From positions 1 to 20,243 of the forward strand of contig JACRKF010000023.1 in assembly GCA_016219865.1 (NCBI GenBank): a DNA stretch of 20,243 nucleotides. The letters are read 5' to 3'. The notes beneath the pieces are model-generated. The model searched no databases and was not told the origin of the DNA. It was given only the letters and a program-made list of their open reading frames with translations. The translations under genes and the position numbers were made by a program. Every line of letters begins with the position of its first letter. Positions within the stretch are counted from its first letter, which is position 1. Shown here piece by piece: positions 1 to 6,670 of the stretch. The stretch comes from Candidatus Woesearchaeota archaeon. Lineage in GTDB: Archaea; Nanobdellota; Nanobdellia; Woesearchaeales; DSVV01.

Positions 1-43
1 CGCTCCGCTCACTCAGGAAAAGATTAAAGAGGAATATGAATAA
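1..43 (+). CDS. 3' end of a gene running off the window, probably the alpha subunit of 2-oxoacid:ferredoxin oxidoreductase (partial)
   Basis: The frame is open from the window edge (..APLTQEKIKEEYE) to TAA at 41-43. That stop overlaps the korB ATG (TAATG), which indicates translational coupling. The product is inferred only from its korB neighbour. Confidence 0.3.
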   Translation, partial: APLTQEKIKEEYE

Positions 44-969
44 TGGAACAAAAAAAAGATAAGAAAATTAAGACAGCTGAAAAAGAAACAGCAGCAATAA
101 AACTACCTCTTTTCACCCTAAAAGATTTAGCAACACCTGCAAAAATAAATTGGTGTCCTGGTTGTGGAGATTTTGGTATTCTGATGGGGTTAAAGAATGC
201 AATTGTTGAACTAGGCATACCCCAGCATGAACTCTTTTTGATTTCAGGCATTGGTTGTTCAAGTAAAACACCCTATTGGGTAAAATTATATGGATATAAT
301 GGCTTGCATGGCAGAGCTTTGCCTTTTGCAACAGGATTAAAGTTAGCAAATCACAAATTAACTGTTATTGTTGTTGGCGGCGATGGCGATGGTTATGCTG
401 AAGGCGGTAATCATTTCATGCATTCATGCAGAAGAAATATAAATATGACTTATATTGTCTTCAATAATCAAGTCTATGGATTAACAACTGGGCAAGTTTC
501 GCCAACAAGTGAAAAAGGATTCAGGACAAAAGCAACACCAGATCCTGTTATTGAAGAACCTATACATCCAATAGCGCTTGCAATTGCTTCTGGGGCAACA
601 TATGTTGCAAGAGGTTTTGCAGGAGATATGCAACATCTGAAAAAACTAATCATGGATGCAGTTAGCCATAAGGGATTTGCATTCATTGATGTTTTACAAC
701 CATGTATTACTTTTAATCACTTAAACACTTTTGATTACTTTAAACAACGAGTCTATAAATTAGAAGATGAACAATTTGATGCAAGCAATAAGATAAAAGC
801 ATTTGAAAAAGCACAAGAATGGGGAAATAAGATTCCAATCGGTGTTTTCTACAAAGAAAGCAAAGCAACATATGAAGAACAAGTTCCAGCTTTGCAAAAG
901 CAAGTTTTAGTGAAGCAATCTCTTGATGTTAAAACGCAGATGGAAAATGTTATGAAAGATTTTATGTAG
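43..969 (+). CDS. korB: 2-oxoacid:ferredoxin oxidoreductase, beta (TPP-binding) subunit
   Basis: 308 aa. It contains CPGCGDFGIL, the TPP motif VVGGDGDGYAEGGNHF, and NNQVYGLTTGQ, all typical of KorB/PorB-type beta subunits. Confidence 0.9.
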   Translation: MEQKKDKKIKTAEKETAAIKLPLFTLKDLATPAKINWCPGCGDFGILMGLKNAIVELGIPQHELFLISGIGCSSKTPYWVKLYGYNGLHGRALPFATGLKLANHKLTVIVVGGDGDGYAEGGNHFMHSCRRNINMTYIVFNNQVYGLTTGQVSPTSEKGFRTKATPDPVIEEPIHPIALAIASGATYVARGFAGDMQHLKKLIMDAVSHKGFAFIDVLQPCITFNHLNTFDYFKQRVYKLEDEQFDASNKIKAFEKAQEWGNKIPIGVFYKESKATYEEQVPALQKQVLVKQSLDVKTQMENVMKDFM

Positions 970-998
970 AGAATTTTGCAATTTTTGCAAAATTCTCT
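968..998. repeat. Palindromic intergenic repeat, copy 1: a perfect 14-bp stem AGAGAATTTTGCAA / TTGCAAAATTCTCT with loop TTT
   Basis: Read directly from the sequence. The left arm starts inside the korB stop codon (TAG 967-969). It belongs to the same family as the copies at 4158, 12958, 13048 and 16355. Confidence 0.85.
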
Positions 999-1060
999 CT
1001 GGGTAGTAATGTCTCAATTTAGTATATAGATTAAAAGATAGATTTCTAACTATAATAATC

Positions 1061-1068
1061 TTTATATA
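1061..1068 (+). promoter_or_regulatory. Candidate TATA box (TTTATATA) for the RNR gene, which also has a GGGTGAT Shine-Dalgarno at 1127-1133
   Basis: The consensus-like archaeal TATA lies about 72 nt upstream of ATG 1140. GGGTGAT lies 6 nt upstream of that ATG. Confidence 0.4.
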
Positions 1069-1139
1069 TCTTCAACTAACTTGATTTTTTATTATTTAGT
1101 CTTAATTAATTTTAATCTTAAAAAAAGGGTGATTATTAG

Positions 1140-4100
1140 ATGGAAAATGCAGCAACTTCTCAACATAGAAATATGAAGATTACACAAATAAAAAAACGCA
1201 ATGGTGTTATTGTTGCATTTGATGAGAGCAAGATAACTCAAGCAATTTTCAATGCTGCGCAGTCAGTAGGTGGAACTAATCTTGAGATTGCAAAACAGCT
1301 TACAGATAATGTCATAGAATTGCTTAATCTTAAGTCTTTTGAAAATAACACCCCTTCTATTGAAGAAGTCCAAGATACTGTTGAAACAGTTTTAATTAAA
1401 ATGGGACATGCAAAGACAGCTAAAGCATATATTCTTTATAGAAATGAAAAGAAACAGCTCAGAGAAGAGCAGGGTAAGGTTTTCCAAGAATCTCAGCCAA
1501 TAGAAAGCAAAGAGCGTGTAATTGCTGAAGAAGATGATCCTTATGAATTAATGTTTGCGCATAAAACAAAGATCCTCAAATTAATCTCATCTGAAGTTCT
1601 TGGTAAATATAAAGAATTATTGTTTATGTTAAGAACAATGCAAAAACAAGGAATTTTGCCTGTGCATGAAAACTACCTTAGTGATAATCTTTTAGCTAAA
1701 GATATTTATTTGCGAAAGTATTATGTAAAAGATCTTGATGGAAAATCAATTGAAACAAAACCAGAAGATGTATTTGCAAGAATTGCTGCATTCTTGGCTA
1801 CTGTTGAAGATTCTGAAGAAAACAGAAAAGAATATGCAATCAAATTTTATAATCATCTTTATCATGGTCATTATTTGCCAGGTGGAAGAGTAATCACAGG
1901 CGCAGGAGATTTATATCGATTAAAAACATTGGCAAATTGTTTTGTATCTATGATAGATGGAGATAATATAGAATCAATCTATAAAACCGCATACGAATGC
2001 GCAAGAACATATTCTTATGGCGGCGGTATTGGTGTAGACATCTCATCATTGCGTCCAAGAAATTCTATTGTTCATAATGCATCAGATTTTTCAACAGGGA
2101 GTGTTTCTTTTATGGAGTTATTCTCATTGACAACTGGATTGATTGGACAATCAGGAAGAAGAGGAGCACTGATGTTAACATTAGATGTAAAGCATCCTGA
2201 TGTTCTTGATTTTATCAATATAAAACAAATACCTAATTGGGTAACTCGTCAAATAGTAGATCAATGCAATTGGTCTGGACAGTTTAATAAATCACAATTG
2301 CAAGAAGTAGAAAAACAAGTCAGAGAAAATACTCAAGTTAGATTTGCTAATATTAGTTTAAAAATGAGTGATGAATTCATGCAGGCTGTTGATGAACAGT
2401 TTCATAATAATGTAAATACTATTTGTGTTTACAAAAGGCTTCATAATGATACTCCATTAAAAACAAAACAAAGTGAGATTCATTATTCTATCGGAATACC
2501 TTCGAAGGATATAAGTAATTATCAATTATTATTTGCATCAGCAGATATGACTGAGGTAAATGGTTTTTTACAAAATTATGGTGTTTCACTTAATGAAGAA
2601 GAATTAAAAAACCAAACTAAAAGAAACATTTTTGGTGATTATATATTAAATATTAATCAAACAGAAGCTCTTGCTTTACATTATGCTGGAGATTTCATGC
2701 TTTATTTTAATTCTGATCAAACAGGAGAGATTAAACGGTTAATAAAAGCAAAAGAATCTTGGAATCAATTTGTTGCAAGCAATTATAAGACTGCAGAACC
2801 AGGATTAATGTTCTGGTCAACAATGACAAAATATTCTCCAACAAATTATATTGGAAGACCAATCATCTCTACAAATCCATGCGGTGAAATCCCATTGCAA
2901 GATGGCGGAGCTTGTAACTTAGGAAGTTTGAACCTTTCTCGTTTTGTAAACAATGGATACACAGAGAAAGCTGCAATTGACTGGGATTTATTGAAAATAA
3001 CAATTCATGATTTTATCAGAATGTTAGATAATACAATCACTTGGAATGAACAACTTAATCCTCTGGAAAAACAGCGAGTTGCTGCTAATGAAACAAGAAG
3101 ACTTGGATTAGGTGTTATGGGTATAGCTGATATGTTTAATCAGTTAGGCATAGGTTATGATAGCGATGAAGGAATTGCATTAATAAAAATGATTATGGAA
3201 TTTATAGCAAATGAAGCTTACAGAGCATCAGCTTTATTAGCTAAAGAAAAATCACCTGCATCATTATGGAATTATGAGCAATATTCACAGAATCCATTCT
3301 ATAAAGAAATTATTTCTGATGATGTAAAACAATTAGTAAAAATAAATGGATTAAGAAACATAGCATTATTATCAATCGCGCCAACTGGGACAATATCAAA
3401 TGCAGTGCTTGGTTTTGTTGATCCACAAAATAAACATTATGTAGGTGTAAGTTCTGGTGTTGAACCTATATTTGCTTTATATTACAGAAGAAGATCAGAA
3501 ACATTAAATAAAGAAGAAAGCAGTAAATTTTATACAGTATATCATCCAACTGTGCAAGCATATGTTGATATGATGAAACTTCAAGATCATGTTCAGAATC
3601 TTGAAGATCTTGATGAAATGCGCACAATTTTGCCAGCGTTCTTTTTTAGAACATCTCATTTTATTGACCCAATGAAACGTGTTCAGATACAAGGGGTTTG
3701 TCAAAAATATATAGATCATAGTATTTCTTCAACAGTAAATTTGCCAGAGAGTATTGCACCAGAAACAGTATCGCAAATCTATTTTGAAGCATGGAAAAAA
3801 GGTTTAAAAGGAATTACTATTTACAGAGATGGAAGCAGATATCCTATATTAAGCGTTGCAACACAACAATCAGAATTCCAGAAAATAAAAGCAAAAACAT
3901 ACAAGATTATTTTAGAAAATGCTGAAATTACAGTAAAAGGTGATGAGGTATTTACTGCAGATGATGGCAGGATTACAACAGCTTTTCATGCAATGGAGAA
4001 CAATGGCAATAATGCTAGTCTGCAAATATTAGAGCTAGATTCAGTTACAATGAATCCAATTACTGTAACAATGCATACAACAGAAGTTTCAGAAAAAGAA

Positions 4101-4157
4101 GGCGTATGCAAGATTGAACTAAAAGATGGCAAGGTTATCAAAACTTGTGAAGAGTAA
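1140..4157 (+). CDS. nrdJ: Adenosylcobalamin-dependent (class II) ribonucleotide reductase with N-terminal ATP-cone; long form
   Basis: 1005 aa. The ATP-cone is KITQIKKRNGVIVAFDESKI...YILYRNEKK. Catalytic blocks present: LANC267FV, SYGGGIG, GRRGALM, KHPD, STNPC581GE583, GAC592NLGSLNL, APTGTIS and ITIYRDGSR. The C-terminal tail carries two Cys (C990, C1003). Confidence 0.95.
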   Translation: MENAATSQHRNMKITQIKKRNGVIVAFDESKITQAIFNAAQSVGGTNLEIAKQLTDNVIELLNLKSFENNTPSIEEVQDTVETVLIKMGHAKTAKAYILYRNEKKQLREEQGKVFQESQPIESKERVIAEEDDPYELMFAHKTKILKLISSEVLGKYKELLFMLRTMQKQGILPVHENYLSDNLLAKDIYLRKYYVKDLDGKSIETKPEDVFARIAAFLATVEDSEENRKEYAIKFYNHLYHGHYLPGGRVITGAGDLYRLKTLANCFVSMIDGDNIESIYKTAYECARTYSYGGGIGVDISSLRPRNSIVHNASDFSTGSVSFMELFSLTTGLIGQSGRRGALMLTLDVKHPDVLDFINIKQIPNWVTRQIVDQCNWSGQFNKSQLQEVEKQVRENTQVRFANISLKMSDEFMQAVDEQFHNNVNTICVYKRLHNDTPLKTKQSEIHYSIGIPSKDISNYQLLFASADMTEVNGFLQNYGVSLNEEELKNQTKRNIFGDYILNINQTEALALHYAGDFMLYFNSDQTGEIKRLIKAKESWNQFVASNYKTAEPGLMFWSTMTKYSPTNYIGRPIISTNPCGEIPLQDGGACNLGSLNLSRFVNNGYTEKAAIDWDLLKITIHDFIRMLDNTITWNEQLNPLEKQRVAANETRRLGLGVMGIADMFNQLGIGYDSDEGIALIKMIMEFIANEAYRASALLAKEKSPASLWNYEQYSQNPFYKEIISDDVKQLVKINGLRNIALLSIAPTGTISNAVLGFVDPQNKHYVGVSSGVEPIFALYYRRRSETLNKEESSKFYTVYHPTVQAYVDMMKLQDHVQNLEDLDEMRTILPAFFFRTSHFIDPMKRVQIQGVCQKYIDHSISSTVNLPESIAPETVSQIYFEAWKKGLKGITIYRDGSRYPILSVATQQSEFQKIKAKTYKIILENAEITVKGDEVFTADDGRITTAFHAMENNGNNASLQILELDSVTMNPITVTMHTTEVSEKEGVCKIELKDGKVIKTCEE

Positions 4158-4191
4158 GGAGAATTTTGCAAAGTTATCTATGCAATCTTTG
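4158..4191. repeat. Degenerate copy (copy 2) of the GAGAATTTTGCA palindromic repeat
   Basis: GGAGAATTTTGCAAAG begins 1 nt after the nrdJ stop (TAA 4155-4157). The right arm has decayed to TGCAATCTTTG. Confidence 0.45.
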
Positions 4192-4208
4192 ATTAAAGGA
4201 ATATAACA

Positions 4209-4619
4209 ATGGAACAAATATATAATCTTCAAATGCGTGGAAAAATATTATTTTATATTGCTGCATTTATATGTTTCATTAGTTTAATAGGGATTCCTGT
4301 TGGAATTCTATTTATTATTATGGCTTATCGGGCAAAGATTGTTATTTTAGACGATGCTGTTGTTTATACTATGTTGTTTACAAAAACTATTTGTTATAAA
4401 GATATTACAAAAATCATGTTGGCAAAACCAGTTAGTCCGCGGCTGTATATGGGAAATGCTGCGCCAGGTGTATTTATTAATGTGGTTACTGTAGTTCCAT
4501 TGATTATTGAGTCTAAAGATAAAAAAATAAAGTTCTCAGCTAATTTCTTTGACAATTCTGAAGAAGTTGTTTCAATCATCTTAAAGAAAACAAAATTAAA
4601 ACTTGAAACCCGTACGTAA
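4209..4619 (+). CDS. Small membrane protein, function unknown
   Basis: 136 aa. The N-terminal hydrophobic hairpin is ILFYIAAFICFISLIGIPVGILFIIMAY, followed by a soluble domain. AAGGA precedes the ATG. I recognise no family. Confidence 0.55.
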   Translation: MEQIYNLQMRGKILFYIAAFICFISLIGIPVGILFIIMAYRAKIVILDDAVVYTMLFTKTICYKDITKIMLAKPVSPRLYMGNAAPGVFINVVTVVPLIIESKDKKIKFSANFFDNSEEVVSIILKKTKLKLETRT

Positions 4620-4727
4620 TAAGTCTGTAGTTATTACATACAAGAATAGTAAAAATTTATAAAGAGTTGAATAAATTAATTATTAATTATCAGAATAATT
4701 TTAAATTGTTGAAAAAGAGGTGTATTT

Positions 4728-5981
4728 ATGAGAAAGATTACATTATTGATGATTTTATTAATTCTATCGAGTTTTTTGTTTGTTATTTCTTGCAGTAAAG
4801 AAGATTCATCTGAAACTAAAGTTGATAAAGAAGATTCAATTGATGATGACATTGCAGAAATTGAAGATGATATTGCAGAAGATGAAAGTGCAGCAGAAAA
4901 CAATATTGTGGAAACAAAATCACCAACTAATGCAAAAGATTCTTCAGCGGAAATTGAATTTATTGATGCAAATTACAAAGGTCCATTTCCAGCTCCAGAA
5001 GGAATTGTTTTAGTAGGGCTTTATGGAAAAGATATTTACAAGTCGCCTACAGGAAATGGAATGTATCGCTTTAATCTTCAAACAGCATGGCAAAAACATA
5101 TTTCTTGCTTAGATGATACTAGAACAATAATGGGCAGCAAAGGTAAGAATTGGGAGATTGGATTTGCTAATGGATATAATGTTGGAAGAAATGATCGTGA
5201 AGCAATTCCTCAATTAGCATATAATGATTATCCTCAAGGTGTAGATGCTGGAAATAAATTATACGATGAAGGATACAAACTAGGTTATGAAAGAGGATAT
5301 GATCTATCATCTTATTGGGGAGCGCAATATAGTTGTCCAGGACATGATGTAGATTTATCAGATTATGATTCAGATGGCTGGATGAAACTTTCTGAGATTG
5401 AAGATATGCCTGGAATTAAAACAATTTATATTCCGCCAACTCCTTATTCAGGCATGGGATATAGTTCACAAACAGCTTTAGGTTCAGATAGCAAATCGTT
5501 TTTGTTTGATACAATTGATAAAGAACGCATGGTTGAAAAAACTAAATTAAATAATGGAAAGCAAGCTCTTAATATTGATCGTATTGACTTTCTAGATACA
5601 GAGCAAGATGCAACTGAACAAAAGATGACTGAACTGCAGATAGCAGAAGAGATATATAAGATGTCAGCTAATCAAATAGTAAAGTATGGTCCATTATGTA
5701 AACTTAGTGATCCTAAATATGAGACTAAGACTTATGGTAAGAATACTTTTGTTCAACTCACATTTATGCAGATGTGTACTGCTGGAAGCGCTTCAGGTGA
5801 ACCTAATTGGAACATTCATGCTTATGCTTTTATGAAAAGCAGTGATAATAAAAGAATCTTAACATTCTTTTTCCATGTGCCTTTTAGTCTAAAGAAAAAA
5901 GGTGTTGATGAACTTGATTCAACAAAAGCACCTGGTGTTGACTTTATTTCGCAATTCCTTGAAAAAGTGGATTATCAATAG
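4728..5981 (+). CDS. Secreted or surface lipoprotein with an acidic linker, function unknown
   Basis: 417 aa. The signal peptide ends in a lipobox-like VISC. An acidic repeat linker follows (DDDIAEIEDDIAEDE). GAGGTG Shine-Dalgarno at 4717-4722 and TATA TTTATAAA at 4656-4663. Confidence 0.7.
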   Translation: MRKITLLMILLILSSFLFVISCSKEDSSETKVDKEDSIDDDIAEIEDDIAEDESAAENNIVETKSPTNAKDSSAEIEFIDANYKGPFPAPEGIVLVGLYGKDIYKSPTGNGMYRFNLQTAWQKHISCLDDTRTIMGSKGKNWEIGFANGYNVGRNDREAIPQLAYNDYPQGVDAGNKLYDEGYKLGYERGYDLSSYWGAQYSCPGHDVDLSDYDSDGWMKLSEIEDMPGIKTIYIPPTPYSGMGYSSQTALGSDSKSFLFDTIDKERMVEKTKLNNGKQALNIDRIDFLDTEQDATEQKMTELQIAEEIYKMSANQIVKYGPLCKLSDPKYETKTYGKNTFVQLTFMQMCTAGSASGEPNWNIHAYAFMKSSDNKRILTFFFHVPFSLKKKGVDELDSTKAPGVDFISQFLEKVDYQ

Positions 5982-6054
5982 AGAAAATACTAATTTGAAT
6001 CAAAACATTTTTAATCTAATAATAATTCCTCTTTTCTAAAAAGGGAAATTTATT

Positions 6055-6669
6055 ATGGTAACAAAACTGCGCGCGCCAATTATTGTTGAAGGTGACAGTG
6101 ATAAAACTAAACTTGGTCTAATTCATATCTATACTGGCGATGGCAAGGGTAAAACAACTGCTTCTTTAGGGCTGGCATTGCGCGCTTTAGGTTGTGGATA
6201 CAGAGTATATATGATACAATTTCTTAAATCAGGCAATACTGGCGAGTTGCATGCAATGGAGAAATTCACAGGTAATTTTGTAATTGAACAATTTGGCAGT
6301 GATGCAATCAAGGAAAGACAGCAAAAACTGCAAACATTCACTGAGAATATTGATACATTTCGGTTTAACGCAGATGAAATTGAGCGAGAAGCTTGCAGAT
6401 TAGGATTAGAAAAAGCTTTTTCTATTATTCAATCAAAAGAATATGAGATGGTTATTCTAGATGAAATTAATTGCGTATTAGACAAAGGTTTGATAACACT
6501 TGAAGAAGTTAAAAAATTATTTGATGCTCATGGTACAACAGAATTAGTATTAACTGGAAGAGATGTGCCAAAGCAATTGTTTGAGCATGCAGATTATATT
6601 TCTGTCATCTCTAGAGAAAAACATCCATGGCAAAAAGGAATAAAAGCAAGAAGAGGAGTTGAGTATTAG
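6055..6669 (+). CDS. cobO: Cob(I)alamin/cob(I)yrinic acid a,c-diamide adenosyltransferase (CobA/CobO/BtuR family)
   Basis: 204 aa. IHIYTGDGKGKTTASLGLALRALGCGYRVYMIQFLK, VILDEINCVL, LVLTGR and the C-terminal GVEY match the BtuR/CobO pattern end to end. Confidence 0.9.
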   Translation: MVTKLRAPIIVEGDSDKTKLGLIHIYTGDGKGKTTASLGLALRALGCGYRVYMIQFLKSGNTGELHAMEKFTGNFVIEQFGSDAIKERQQKLQTFTENIDTFRFNADEIEREACRLGLEKAFSIIQSKEYEMVILDEINCVLDKGLITLEEVKKLFDAHGTTELVLTGRDVPKQLFEHADYISVISREKHPWQKGIKARRGVEY

Positions 6670-6670
6670 T

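Noticed and set aside
24-686. Minus-strand ORFs 24-251, 113-349 and 474-686.
   Set aside because: They are antisense shadows inside the well-supported korB gene. The same reasoning applies to 3504-3719, 3986-4171, 4394-4579, 6129-6341, 9801-10463 (three ORFs), 11949-12158 and 18007-18228, which lie inside other confident genes.
2060-2085. The sequence SIVHNAS in the first RNR resembles an intein C-terminal splice junction (HN followed by a nucleophile).
   Set aside because: The segment LRPRNSIVHNASDFSTGSVSF aligns residue for residue with LRPKGSFVAGTHGKASGPVSF of intein-free NrdJ, with no extra length. Ala follows the HN, not Cys, Ser or Thr. No homing-endonuclease or intein blocks are present.
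4676-5013. ORFs 4676-4903 (minus strand) and 4780-5013 (plus strand, alternative frame).
   Set aside because: Both overlap the acidic repeat region of the lipoprotein gene. Their repetitive low-complexity translations are artefacts of the GAA/GAT-rich sequence.
6659-6670. TTG at 6659 as the start of the second RNR.
   Set aside because: It overlaps the cobO 3' end and has no spacer to the AGAGGAG site. ATG 6671 is correctly spaced, and the ATP-cone begins right after it.
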